Assembly (NCBI RefSeq): GCF_964355755.1
Contig: NC_092671.1
Span: forward strand, 22,704,070 to 22,768,069
DNA from: Antedon mediterranea
Lineage: Eukaryota; Animalia; Echinodermata
DNA length: 64,000 nucleotides
Direction: 5' to 3'
Of this stretch, positions 1 through 12,629 are shown piece after piece. The notes beneath the pieces were generated by a model. The model worked only from the letters and a program-made list of their open reading frames with translations, made no database searches and was not told the DNA's origin. Each line of letters begins with the position of its first letter. Positions within the stretch are counted from its first letter, which is position 1. Both the position numbers and the translations under genes were made by a program.

Positions 1-935
1 GTTAAAAAAATTAAAAAAATTTTAATTCATGCAAAAGATAGTTGATTGACCTAGAATATATGAAAATCGGGGTGAAAATAGACAACGAATAAGTGGAGAT
101 GCGCTCTATTAAATGTGATGAGCTATGACGAAAGAGACAAAAATCCTATATTTTATATTCGCGTGGCCATACGATGACGTCACAATGTCCGGTTACCCAT
201 ATTAATGCATGATCCGATATCTAAAACTCATCAACTTCCAGAATATGTAATTAAAAAAAAGTTCTCCATGTAGTTTAGAATCTATGACTGTTTAAAAATA
301 GGCATAATTTTGACAAATTTTTGAACTTTTTCACCAAAAACGCGTGCAAATTATGTAATTCGACGTGCTCGTATGACGTAATTTTAAGTCGAAATTGTTT
401 AAAAGTTGGTAACATTACTAGAAAAGGCTGAAAAAACATAAATCACACGAAAAAAATATGTTTTTAACGCTACGTGGGAATTTTTGACATGCTCAAAATG
501 ACATGAAACGCATAGAAAGTTGATTAGAAGTTGATTTTTCGCATCCTAAAATTTTAAACGCACGTACGCGCGTAACTTTTTGTGAAACATGCTATTTTTA
601 ATCCATAGAAAGTTTGCGCTTGATATGACTTAAATTTTCACAAAGTGTCAAAACAAAATTATGTTTGGTTTTTAGTCTATGATCAATCATTGAAATTCAT
701 AAAATCGCGCGTACGTCACGTTGCGCAACTCTGACGTCATTCAAAAATAGGAGGTGCACAAGTTCACGTAAATGTCGATGTGTTGACAAAGTTACGATAT
801 GTTCTGTTTACACGTTTTAGAGAAACGCGACGCACAAAAATGACAGAAAGAAAGAAGTATAATACAGAAAAAAAAAAAAAATTTGATGAAACAGGACGAT
901 TACAAGGAGTTATCCGCTACTAAGCGGATAACTAA
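1..935 (-). mobile_element. Non-autonomous Helentron/Helitron2-like element, family A, cut by window start
   Basis: Body is similar to 1760-2700 and 3450-4340; ends in the hairpin AGTTATCCGCT-ACTA-AGCGGATAACT (908-933), the family 5' terminus read on the minus strand. Confidence 0.7.
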
Positions 936-1130
936 TAACAAAGAAGATAAAAAAAGAAACGTGACAATAACAAAGGTTATCCGCAACTTAAAAAGTTGCG
1001 GATAACCAAAAAAAAAAAAGATGATTTCATACAGTTACAAGGAGTTATCCGCTACTAAGCGGATAACTAATAACATAGAAAAAGAATCTGGACAATAACA
1101 AGGAGTTATCCGCTCAATGCGGATAACTAT
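885..1130 (-). repeat. Array of four stacked Helentron 5'-terminal hairpin modules
   Basis: GTTATCCGC-loop-GCGGATAAC at 908-933, 975-1007, 1043-1068 and 1104-1128 with three different loops, separated by 35-45 nt A-rich linkers. Confidence 0.85.
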
Positions 1131-1139
1131 AAAGAAAAA

Positions 1140-2773
1140 CTAGATTTGAACTCGTCACTTTGACGAGTTCGGGTTATCCGCGCAAACGCAACATGCACAT
1201 ACTTTAAACTATATGAACTTCGACAATTGTTATGCCATCCTATGACATGAATTAAGTATGTGTACAGTGTTAAATTGTACCTATTTTGTAGCATACAGCA
1301 TATTACAGTATTTACAGAATACATTGTATGTTATATACAGTGTAGCATAGACGAAATTACGAGACCCATCTTTTAAATCCAATTATTAACACGATGACGT
1401 CATCAAATTGACATATAAAGATATTTTATATTAAGATAATTATCTAAATAATTACATTAATACAAATTTGAGGAATTTTGGGCACGTAAAAGAGAGATGC
1501 GCTCTCGTTTAAACGCAAGGAACTTTTACGCAAGAGATGAAAATATGACCTTTTGAATTCAACTGCCCATATAATGACGTCACAACATATGATTGGCAAA
1601 ATATTCACATGAATTTGTATCTACAATCCAATAGCTTTCAGAAAACGTTTTAATCATGATTATCACTTTTTATTCTGACGAGCTATAACAGATTGAAACT
1701 TACTGTAAAGATGAAAAAAGGTGAACCGCGTTATTTACATTTTTAGACATGATGACGTCATAAAAATTAAGATATTTTTAACTCATGCGAAAGATAGTTG
1801 ATTGACCTAGACAGTATTAAAATATAATATGAGGAAATGGAATACGTATAAGCGATATGCACTCTATTTAATGTAATGAGCAATAGCGAAACAGTCAAAA
1901 ATCCAATATTTTACATTCGTGTGGCCATACGATGACGTCATAACATCCGAGGGGTAAAGATTCTGCATGAATTCATATCTACAACATATCTGCTTACATA
2001 TTAAATTAAAAAAATTGAGGGTAACGGTTGATCCTGAGGAGCTATAATAGATTCAAAGTAGGCATAATTTTGACAACTTTTTTGGCACTTTTGCAACTAA
2101 AACGCACGCAAATTGTCTAAATCAACGTGTTCGTATGACGTCATTTTATTTTGAAATGATGTCAATCTTTTTTAAAATGACTAGGAAAGGCTGGAAAATT
2201 ACAATTCAAGAGAAAAAAACATGATTTTCGTACTCCGTGCGCACCATACGCGTAATTTTTTTTGCGCGCGCGAGAATTTTTGACATGCTCAAAATGTCAT
2301 GATCAGCGTAGAAAGTTGATTAGAAATTAATTTTGCGCATTTTGAAACTTTAAATGCGCTTGCGCGCGTAATTTCTTGTAAAACATGCCATTTTTAATCC
2401 ATAGAAAATTGACCCATGATATGAATTATAATTTTATTAAGTTTCATGAAACAATATTTGTTGGTTCTAAAGTTATGATCAGTTATATAGAAATTCATAA
2501 AATCGCGCGTACAGTATCTTACGCAACGCGACTTTGACATCGTCAAAAAGCTTGGCTGCACATCTACACTTCAATTTCAATCTTTTTACCAAGTTATACA
2601 AAGTTATGTTGACAAGAAATAGGGGATATGCTGTGGACAAAAATCTGGGAAAGAAAGAAGAATAACAAAGAAGAAGAAAAAAAAAGATATTTACAATCAC
2701 ATAGGTTATCCGCAACTAAAAAAAGATGATTTCATACAATTACAAGGAGTTATCCGCCTAGTGCGGATAACTA
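1140..2773 (-). mobile_element. Non-autonomous Helentron-like element, family A, full length
   Basis: CTAG at 1140-1143, hairpin AACTCGTCA-CTT-TGACGAGTT, then subterminal repeat GTTATCCGC. The other end has a half hairpin (2704-2717) and a full GTTATCCGC/GCGGATAAC hairpin (2748-2772). No coding capacity. Confidence 0.75.
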
Positions 2774-2785
2774 ATAATACAGAAA

Positions 2786-4395
2786 CTAGACATGTAACTC
2801 GTCACTTTGACGAGTTAGTTATCCGCACGACAAAGGCCACGTGCACGTCATACGTTAGAATATTGCACACAGAAAAAGATTATGGCAATATGACCTGAAT
2901 TGCACACAGAAAAAGATTATGACCTGAACTGAAGAATATGGTATGTTGTTAGTGCTGAATTCTGTCAATTTTGTGTCATATAGTATATACAGTATAAACA
3001 GTATAATCTGTATACATATTACATACAGTGTAGAATAGGTGAAATTACGGGACCCGCCCTTTATTCAAATTTTTAAAAAGCCGACTGTATCAAAATGAAA
3101 CACTAAGATAACAATTTCGGAAGGAAATTATCTCAGCAACAACATATTAACGTGTTGAAAAAATTTGAATACGTGAAATATTGATGCGCGCTCTTTTAAA
3201 TGTGTTGAACTATGACGCGAAAGATGAAAATACGTCTTTTTTTATTCAACTGGCCATATGATGACATCACAGCATCTGATTGGAAAAATGTTTACATGAA
3301 CTCGTATCTACAATCCAATAGCTTCCAGAAACCGTTTTAATCGTGATTATCACATTTTATTTTTACGAGCTATAAGAGATTGAAATTTACTGTAAAGATG
3401 AAATTATTCACCCACGTAATTTAAATTTTTTAGCATGATGACGTCAGAAAAATTAAAATATTTTTAACTCATGCGAAAGATAGTTGATTGACCTAGACAA
3501 TATCAAAATCGGGGTGAAAATGGAAAACATATAAGTGGAGATGTGCTCTATTAAATGTGATGTGCTATGACGAAAGATACAGAAATCCTAAATTTTATAT
3601 TCGAGGGGCCATACGATGACGTCACAATGTCCGGTTAACCACATTAATGTTTGATCCGATATCTACAACTCATCAACTTCCACAATATGTCATCCACAAA
3701 AAGTTGACCGTGTAGTTTAGAAATTACGACTGTTTAAAAAAAGGCATAATTTTGACGAATTTTTTAACTTTTTCATCAAAAACGCGCGCAAATTGTCCAA
3801 TTCGACGTGCTCGTATGACATAACTTTAAGTCGAAATTGTTTAAAAGTTGGTAAAATTACTAGAAAAAGGCTGGAAAAACACAAATCACGGGAAAAAAAT
3901 ATGTTTTTAATGCTACGTGCGCACCGCACACGTAAAAATTTGCGCACGCGTGGGAATTTTTGACATGCTTAAAATGTCATGAAACGCGTAAAAATATGAT
4001 TAGAAATTAATTTTGCGCATTTTCAAATTTTAAATGTGCGTGCGCGCGTAACTTTGTGTAAAACACGCAATTTTTTTTCAACAGAAAGTTAGTGTATGAT
4101 ATAAATTAAACTTTTGCAAAGTTTCACTTTAAAACGTTATTCGGTTTTTTACCTATGTTTAAAACGCTAAATTCATAAAATCGCGCGTAAGTCACGTTAC
4201 GCAATTGTAAAAATGCTGAAAAGCTTCGCTGCACAACTTCATATGAGTGACGATATGTTGAGAAAGTTACGAAATGTTATGTTTGGAAGTTTTACAGATA
4301 CGCGTGACACAAAAAATTACAGAAAGAAAGGAGGAAAGGAAAGTGATTTCGTACAATCACTAGGAGTTATCCTGCAACTTCGTTGCGGATAACTA
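2786..4395 (-). mobile_element. Non-autonomous Helentron-like element, family A, full length
   Basis: CTAG 2786-2789, same 3' hairpin and subTIR, 5' hairpin at about 4365-4394; head-to-tail with the previous copy. Confidence 0.75.
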
Positions 4396-4675
4396 AAAAA
4401 AAAAGATGATGAAACAGGATAGTTACAAGGAGTTATCCGCCATGAGCGGATAACTAATAAAAAGTTGATGTTGATGATTTCGTACAATCACAAGAGGTTA
4501 TCCTGCAACTTCGTTGCGGATAACCAAAAATAAAAAGTTGATGTTGATGATTTCGTACAATCACAAGAAATTATCAGCAACTTCGTTGCGGATAACCAAA
4601 AATAAAAAGTTGATGTTGATGATGATTTCGTACAATCACAAGAGGTTATCAGCAACTTTGTTGCGGATAACCAAT
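4345..4675 (-). repeat. Array of five stacked Helentron 5'-terminal hairpin modules
   Basis: Hairpins at about 4365-4394, 4431-4455, 4496-4525, 4570-4597 and 4646-4672; the last three are near-identical ~72-bp tandem units. Confidence 0.85.
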
Positions 4676-4699
4676 AAAGATTTCATTAGTTGATCATCA

Positions 4700-6690
4700 T
4701 TAGGTGATCATTTAGAATAAAATGATCACCTATTGTTATTGTATGAAATCTTTATTCTTCTTCTTCTTCTTCTTCTTTCTGTAAACTATTTTGTGTAACA
4801 AATATCTCAAAAAGTTAAATGTCAATGATCACAAAAATTTCACAATATCTTTCAAATACCGTAACTTAATCCTAATAAGCTTTTCAGCGTGATCACTCAA
4901 CCGTGATGTCATTAATACGCGATTTTGTGAAATCACACTATCAATCATATCTCCTCTTTATCACATATCAATGAAATTAACTACACATAAACTTCAGGTC
5001 AAGAGTAAAAATATTAGCAAATAAAAACTTACACGTTTCAAGGTCATGCACGTGAAATCGGGCGCTAAAAATTTAATAAGCTCAAAATTAATTTTTGATC
5101 AATTTAGAGCATGAATTAGGCCATTTGCATGTTTAAAAAATTACTGCGCAAAAACACGTTTTTGCGCACGCGATTCTTAGAAAGCGTAAAAAATAAAATG
5201 TGATGTATAAATCACAATCCTTAGTACTTTCACCGATTTTGAGTCCGTTCCAACTTAAAATAACGCTATACGAGCACGTTAAAAACGACAAAATGTGCAA
5301 ATTAATTGCATCAAAGTGCTGAAAATGGTGAAAAATAAGGCATTTTTAAAATGAAAATAATTCTTCAGAATGCACGATGACCCCCATTTTTTTTAACTTA
5401 TTCTGGAAGCCAATAAGTTGTAGATACAAATGTATATACACATTAGACGTACAAAATGGTATGATGTCATCAAATGGCCATTTGAATTTAAAAATTAGTA
5501 ATTTTTTTCTTTTTGTGTGGGTTATCACATTCAATAATAATAATAAATAATAAATAACATTTATAAAGCGCAAGAGACAAAGGTTTCAAAGCGCTGTGTT
5601 TTCCAAGATCTGTGCAAGTAGTAGCGTGTGATTATGCTTCTCTGAAGAGATGAGTTTTGAGTTTAGTTTTAAATGTGATTACAGATTTTTATGAGCGTAT
5701 TTCGAGGGGTAGAGTGTTCCAGAGTTTTGGGGCTGCGACAGCGAAAGCATGATCATCGTAAAACGAGTTCTGGAAAGGGGTCCAGGTTTAAGAAGAAGTC
5801 TGCTGGTTGAACGAAGCGTAGAGTTTGTTGACGGAGTAATGATGTCACATATGTAGGCTGGAGCACATCCGTTGATGGCCTTATATGTCAGCAACAGGAT
5901 TTTAAAACGAATGCGCTGATCTACAGGCAACCAGTGTAAGTCACGTAAAACGGGAGAAATATGTTCATGTCGTTTAGTGCCAGTGATAATAGAACGCATC
6001 TCTTTTATTTTGTGCCCGATTTTCGCTCAATTTTCAGTATGTGATTGCTCAATTAATTGACTTTCTCGTGACTTGCCACTACTTTTATTTTTATGACGTC
6101 ATCACACGTAAAAACTTGAATAACATAGGTCGTGTAATTTCACCTTCGCTGTAAATTTGAATATCTTACAGCTCTTCAGAATTGAAGGTTACCTTGATGA
6201 TTATAATTTATTATGAAAGCTGATAAAATGTAGATATGAATTCATATAAAAATCAAGCCTATTGGATGTTGTGACGTTAACCTATGGCCAGTTGAAGTTA
6301 AAAAGTAGTTTTTTCATCTTTTTTGTCAAAGTTGTACAAATTTCAAAGAGCGCGTACAGTGCTTCTACGTGCCAAATTTTCTTCCAATTGTTATATTTTA
6401 TTGCTCAATTCATTATCTTTCGATATTGTTATCCAAAAGGTTTTTTTGATAATGTCATCAGTGCCAAAAACTTAGAACATGATGTGTGTCCGTAATTTCA
6501 CCAATGCAACACTGTATAAGATATACAGTATACTGTACATAATGTATATGGCATATAATAGGCACAACTCAGCACTATAGGCGTATAATAGGATGGCATA
6601 CATCAACATTTTCCGATTGTATGTTAACGTACGTGCATGTTTAAAAAATATTAATGTCAATAAAATGATAAAATTAAAATTAAATTCTAG
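4700..6690 (+). mobile_element. Non-autonomous Helentron-like element, family B, interrupted by an L2 fragment
   Basis: 5' hairpin TAGGTGATCATTT-AGAATA-AAATGATCACCTA (4701-4732), then a (TTC)n tract; body is the reverse complement of 16093-19350; ends at CTAG 6687-6690 with the 3' hairpin lost. Confidence 0.7.
5533..5990 (-). mobile_element. 5'-truncated L2-like LINE, ORF2 C-terminus and 3' tail
   Basis: ORF 5679-5999 reads HISPVLRDLHWLPVDQRIRFKILLLTYKAING.AP.YI, typical of the L2/CR1-group C-terminus; 3' end GCGCTTTGA...GCGCTTTATAAATG followed by (TTA)n. Confidence 0.85.
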
Positions 6691-6699
6691 TTATTTTTA

Positions 6700-7536
6700 T
6701 TACGTATTCTGGAATTTGATGAGTTGTTGATATCGGATTATACATTACCGGTAATATGGCTAACCGGACATTGTGACGTCATCGTATGGGCATGCGAATA
6801 TAAAATAAGAGATTTTTGTCTGTTTCGTTATTGCTCATCTCGCTTATTCGTATTCCATTTTCTCCGAGATTTTAATATTGTCTAAGTCAATCAACTATCT
6901 TTCGCATGAGTTAAAAATATTTTAATTTTTCTGACTTCATCATGCCTAAAAATTTAATTTACGTGGGTCAATAATTTCATCTTTACAGTAAATTTCAATC
7001 TGTTTAATAGCTCGTAAGTAATAAAATGTGATAATCACGATTAAAACGGTTTCTGGAAGCTATTGGATTGTAGATACGAAATCATTTGAAAATTTTGCCA
7101 ATCGGATATTGTGACATCATCATATGCCCAGTTAAATAAAAATAGTCGTATTTTCATCTTTTGCGTCATAGTTCATTACTTTTAAAAGAGCGCGAATCAA
7201 TAGTTCACGTATTCAAATTTCTTCTACTCGTTAATATGTTGTTGCTGAGATATTTTCCTTCCGATATTGCTACCTTCGGGTTTCATTTTTAAACCGTCAA
7301 CATGTTAAAAATTGGGGGTCCGGTAATTTCACCTATTTTACACTGTATGTGATACAGATACTGTGTATACTATATGACACAAAATAACAGAATTCAGCAA
7401 TAACAACTATCATATTCTTTGATTCAGGTCATAATGCCATAATCTTTTTCTGTGTGCAATATTCCAACGTATGACGTGCACGTGGCGTTTGTCGAGCGGA
7501 TAACTAAATTGTCAAAGTGACGAGTTTCATGTCTAG
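6700..7536 (+). mobile_element. Helentron family A 3' half
   Basis: Reverse complement of 2786-3680; ends GCGGATAAC, degenerate hairpin, CTAG (7533-7536). Confidence 0.75.
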
Positions 7537-8649
7537 TTCTTCTTTCTTTCCCAAAATTTTGTTGCACGCATATCTCTCATCCTTGTCAACATAAGATTGT
7601 ATAACTTGGTCATCATGTAGACATTTACCTGAAGTTGTGCACCTCCATATTTTGAATGACGTCAGAGTTGCGCAACGTGACTTACGCGCGATTTTATGAA
7701 TTTCAATGATTGATCATAGGATAAAAAATAAGTCATTTTGAATTGACACTTAGTGAAAATTTAAGTTATTTCAAGGGCAAACTTTCTATGGATTAAAAAT
7801 TGCATGTTTTACAAGAAGTTACGTGCACACGCGCATTTAAAGTTTCAAAATGCGCAAAATTAATTTCTAATCAACTTTCTACGCTGATCATGACATTTTG
7901 AGCATGTCAAAAATTCCTGCGTGAGCGAAAAAATTTACGCGCTTGGTGCGCAACGGAGTACGTAAAGCATTATTTTTTCTCTTGAATTGTAATTTTCCAG
8001 CCTTTCCTAGTCATTTTAAAAAAGATTGACATCATTTCAAATTAAAATGACGTCATACAAACACGTTGATTTATACAATTTGCATGCGTTTTAGTTGAAA
8101 AAGTTACACAATATTGTCAAAATTATGGCTATTTTGAATCTATTATAGCTCCTCAGGATCATCCATGACCCCCAATTTTTTTAATTTAATATGTAAGCAG
8201 ATATGTTCTAGATATGAATTCATGCAGAATCTTTACCCCTCGGATGTTATGATGTCATCATATGGCCACACAAATGTAAAATATAGGATTTTTTTATTTT
8301 TTTAGTAGCACCTTTTCATCGACAACAACCCGCCTTCCCTCAAACCCCAAACCCCATCCGCGCAGATCCGTTTTTAGTTTAGTTGGGGCGGGGGGGGGGG
8401 TGTATAAAAATAAAAGCCTTAAGACTTAAAAATCCCACCCCCCCCCCCCCCAAGCGCGGGGGGATTTTTAAGTAATTATAGGTTGTTTCAATCGATTTCT
8501 GAGCACATAAATTGGGTTATGCACATTTTAGGCACTGGTCCTGATGCGGCACTTATATTCACGCAAGATTTATTCTTTTTACGGTACAGAAAGAAATTAC
8601 TACTCACGCAGAGAAAGTTTCGGCGGCCTACATGATTCAATCCGGCCAT

Positions 8650-9395
8650 TCAATCCTACCTTGGTTTAGCCATGGTTTAGCGAATTATAAAAACAACACC
8701 TTGGTTAGGACGCAAACAAAATATATGCAAAATAAATATATATTCCATGTTAAGATTTAACATGATAGGCCTTTGTAAATTATTATTACGATAAAAGGCC
8801 CGACCAGAATTTGGAGGGGAAAAACGTGCGAATCGTGTGAACAGTTTAGAGCTGTATTACGTTTCATGTGACGCAAAATTCAGGTACAAGTACTCTGTTT
8901 TGTAGCCACGTGGAAAAACAGAGTATCGCGTTTCATGACATGTGACCAAAAAACTAGGTCTGTATTAATTACGGTCTTCTGTCGGCAGTCTTTTTGAGCG
9001 ACCGACTGAACGTTCTGATACTATATTTAGAATGAATTGTTTACGATCTTTTTGTTTGCATGTTTTTGGATCGACGACTGGACGTTCGCTATATTATTTT
9101 TATTAGTTGGCATAGTTCATTGTGTTGGATCGTGTCTCGTATACGTTTACATTGTAGGAAATTTATATTCACCGTTGTTGAGAGTAAAAAAACACACACA
9201 AATGAAACATTTACGAATAAAAAATATTATATTATATATTTCTTAGTAATGTACAAATTGGTCCTCCTCCGCACTATAGAACATCGTGAGGTTGTTTATT
9301 GAGGTTACTAACGAAGCCAAACAATGTAACCTACAAAGCCAACAACGTAGCCTGTTTTATCTACGAAGCTACTTCGTAGGAAAAGCTGCGGTATT
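8650..9395 (+). repeat. Dispersed repeat matching the interior of the Harbinger-like element at 16775-18498
   Basis: Colinear similarity to 17205-18040, e.g. shared ACGGTCTTCTGTCGGCAGTCTTTTTGAGCGACCGACTGAA and CTACGAAGCTACTTCGTAGG. Confidence 0.8.
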
Positions 9396-10264
9396 TTCTC
9401 TGATATATAATTTTCGATAATCAGAATCTGGAATAAAGTATTAAATCTACTGATAAACAATACTGCTGTTTAATCTATATAATGAATAGATATTATTATA
9501 TATATCATTAATTACATTATTTAGTAATCATGATATAACCATTATACTGCCTAAAAAATGCTGATGGCTGCGCGGCGACAATCCTTAGTATCTGCCGCGC
9601 CCGCCCTGGCTAACTTCTGTGTACGGCGGTACAATTGTTTTTTTATATTCCTTCTTTAAAACGGAGGTGATTTTCCACGAGGTTTGTGTCGTCCGCGCGT
9701 CACACTGTGCTGTGTATTTGGTGTCCTTTTGTGTGATTGGGTAAGGCAGCATACAATAAATGGACGAACTTCCAATCACAACGAGTGTAAAATGTTTAGG
9801 GGCTTTGTACGCTTGAATGAACCTGACTCCTTTGCGGCGGCGGCGGTGACTAGTGGAAACTCCTGAGCCTTCCGTAGAGTAGAGAGAGATTAAATTACAA
9901 CACAGTTAAATAGGGAAAACACACCTGACTTCAATTTGAAACAACTTGCACAAGCAGACGATCTTGTCGCGCTATGCGTGACCTATTCTGTTGCTTTAGT
10001 CGCAAACAGAAAAATTAGGTCGCAAATGCGACCAAATACCCCTTAATTTGCAGCCCTGGTGACACGAAAAAACATCGCTGATGGCAAGTACTGTAATGCT
10101 ACATCGCTGTCATTTATTATAGGCTGGCGAAGACTGCGGCGAAGTCGTTGTGGTTTACATATAATAATAATAGATTGTCTTATAAATATTATTGATTACA
10201 TCTTTTACATTACATTTCATACATTTCTAGCCCTCTTTGATGATTTTTTGTTATTAGATGATTT

Positions 10265-10363
10265 TGCTGGTCGACTTATATTCAGGTAATACCAAAATAT
10301 TCTAGGGCAAAGTTGGGGGTCGACTTATACTTGGGGTCGACCTATACTCCGGAAAATACGGTA
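10265..10363. mobile_element. Right end of a Tc1/mariner-pogo-like MITE
   Basis: Three GGTCGAC(T/C)TATA subterminal motifs ending CCGGAAAATACGG-TA; matching left end not found. Confidence 0.5.
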
Positions 10364-11488
10364 TTCTACACTGTATGCAATATGTATAAATAATATACTG
10401 TTTATACTGTATATACTATACGACTCAAAATTGACAGAATTCAGAACTAACAGCATGATATTCTTCAGTTCAGGTCATAATGTCATAATCTTTTTCCGTG
10501 TGCAAAATTCCAACGTATGACGTGCGCGTGGAGTTTGTCGTGCGGATAACTAACTCGTCAAAGTGACGAGTTCAAATCTAGTTTTTAGTTTAGTTTTAGT
10601 TTAGGACTAATTATTGATAATAAATTGTTTAAATTAATTTAAAGTAGGCCTATGTTTACAAGACATTGAACAACAAAAGTTCATTGAAGACGCATATAGA
10701 TCATACTGAAGGTTATGCTATTTTAAAAAGTTATAAAATTGAAAATAATTTAATTTAATTTGAATAAGGCATGTCGGAGTGAGGGAGGTGTGCCAAGGTA
10801 GAAAGGAATGGAACGGTAAGAAGAGGCTCTGAAATGACCAGGTATTTGGTCAGTGTTTGATTTTTTGGTATGTGATACATACTATACTATACTACATACT
10901 ACAAATAAAGTATGGATGAAGGGGTCACTTTAAGAGGGTCTGACATGACCTCTCCGATCTCATATTTTACCATTTTTTTATTTTTTTCTTATTTACTCGC
11001 ATACAACTTGTATGTATATATACAACAAAATTCAGTTCATGGGTGAGATGGGGTGAAATTAACATGTTGGGAGGGAGTGACTATAGGGAGGGGGGAGGGG
11101 GCCTGACATGACTTTTCCGACCTGATATTTTGTCAGTTTTTGTTTTTTTGTTATGTCCTCACATACTTCTATGTTTGTACAAATTTTGGTCCATGGGTGA
11201 GATGGGGGTGATATAAACCGTTTTTGGGGGGTTTTCGAGGGGTCTGGAGACTAGACCCGACCCCAAGGGTCAGGCTGACAAACTTTTTTTAATGTTTTTG
11301 GTTTATGTCTACAGTAAAATTTTTATCCCAATTACTGAAATTCTATATTTTAATCTTGTTTAACCTTTTGTACTATAAATCGACTTTAAAGCACAGCAAG
11401 GATGGCATTCACTTATTTTTTTGTCGTTTCATGCCCTGACCTCTCTAATATTGATTAAAAACAAAAAGGAAAAAATAAGTTATCTCAC

Positions 11489-11880
11489 TTATATAGCTTG
11501 CAGGAGTCCACATCCCAAATACATACACTATTGTCTGCTGCACCCGTTACAAGATACTTTGAGTTTGCAGAGTAGCTACATACTCTAATTATAGCATTAC
11601 TTTCATGATTAAATATGCGAACACTTTGACCATTTTTGGTATCCCAAATAATTATTTTTCCATCAGTTGAACATGAAGCAATGTGTGTTCCCAATGGACT
11701 GAAAACACAGCAATGTACATAATAGGAATGTCCGACTAATGGTGAAAATGGTAACTCCTCAAAGTCCTTTGAAATATCATACAACCGTATGGTCTTGTCC
11801 CCAGAACATGTTGCTAGCAATGATCCTGAAAATGCTGTGCAGTTTACATCACTTGAGTGCGTTTGGAGTATTGTTGACAT
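11489..11880 (-). CDS. WDSUB1: WD repeat, SAM and U-box domain protein 1, first coding exon (three WD40 repeats)
   Basis: H..DVNCTAFS.SLLATCS.DKTIRLY...DF.ELP.SPL..H.Y.VHCC.FSP.G...ASCSTDG...GAAD..V..W....KLY matches the WDSUB1 N-terminus as recalled. Acceptor TTTTACTTCTAG ends at 11894 (exon starts 11893); donor GTGAGA at 11488, phase 2. The ORF-track stop lies inside the intron. Confidence 0.92.
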
Positions 11881-12279
11881 TGTTTTTTTAAGTCTAGAAG
11901 TAAAAATTTAATAGAAAATGATTTAAAATGAGATGTCATTTGGTACACTGTAAGTTTAATATTAATTGTATGGCCCACTATAAATACCAGTCATGCATCG
12001 TTCACTGATTGATATTTTCTTTTTTGCTACTGCGGCAATACTGATTTGTATAAACGCTTTTGTCAAAAAAAGAAAGTCAATTCATTCAGCAACAAGACAA
12101 CGTCAGACTATGCATAAGACCACAAAACTAAGCCTATGGCCTAAACGTGTCTATGAGAAAACATTCAATGCAAACTACAAACTACAGGTAGTGCATTGTT
12201 TTCTCTTTTTATCATAATTAACCATAGAGACATGTTTTTAAAGTGAATACTAATATACACTGTATATCAATATCATCTT

Positions 12280-12451
12280 TATTTATTTATTATTACCATC
12301 TTTACTGAGGGTAGCCTATCCAGTTCCTAGTGGAACTGATCATTTAGGGCCCTCGATAAAACATACATACAGTAAAACACATAAAATATTGAATATTCAA
12401 ATGACATAATATAGGACTAAAAATTTACAATGGTTATAAAATTCATATAGA
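12280..12451 (-). mobile_element. 3' tail of an old CR1/L2-group LINE; its ORF2 end lies at 22130-22375
   Basis: Stem-loop-like end followed by (TAAA)n on the minus strand; 22190-22370 translates (minus, broken) to KAPMYFNMIPKIIRQSENIISFKRELKEF, a LINE ORF2 C-terminus. Confidence 0.5.
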
Positions 12452-12629
12452 TAGTCCATGGGCCAGACATTTTTCGGTATCAAATTGGTGGCAAATGCTA
12501 CCATACATTTTTGGAAAGCTTAATATGTCTACTTTTCAGAAATCCATGATAGCAATGCCAATTGTACAGCTTAATAGTTATTTTTGAGGATTATATAACA
12601 CCGCCTACAGAAAATATGCAACACAAAAT

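Larger units (their letters stand above)
7540..10581 (+). mobile_element. Helentron family A copy split by ~2 kb of other repeats (pieces 7540-8295 and 10364-10581)
   Basis: 7540-8295 is the reverse complement of 1900-2660; 10364-10581 ends GCGGATAAC-T-AACTCGTCAAAGTGACGAGTT-CAAAT-CTAG. Joining the two pieces is an inference. Confidence 0.6.

Noticed and set aside
885-1130. CRISPR array or rho-independent terminators
   Set aside because: Eukaryotic context, no cas genes, linkers similar to one another, and the hairpins match transposon termini.
9560-9900. GC-richer patch as WDSUB1 exon or promoter
   Set aside because: No WD40, SAM or U-box similarity seen, and it lies inside a block of nested repeats.
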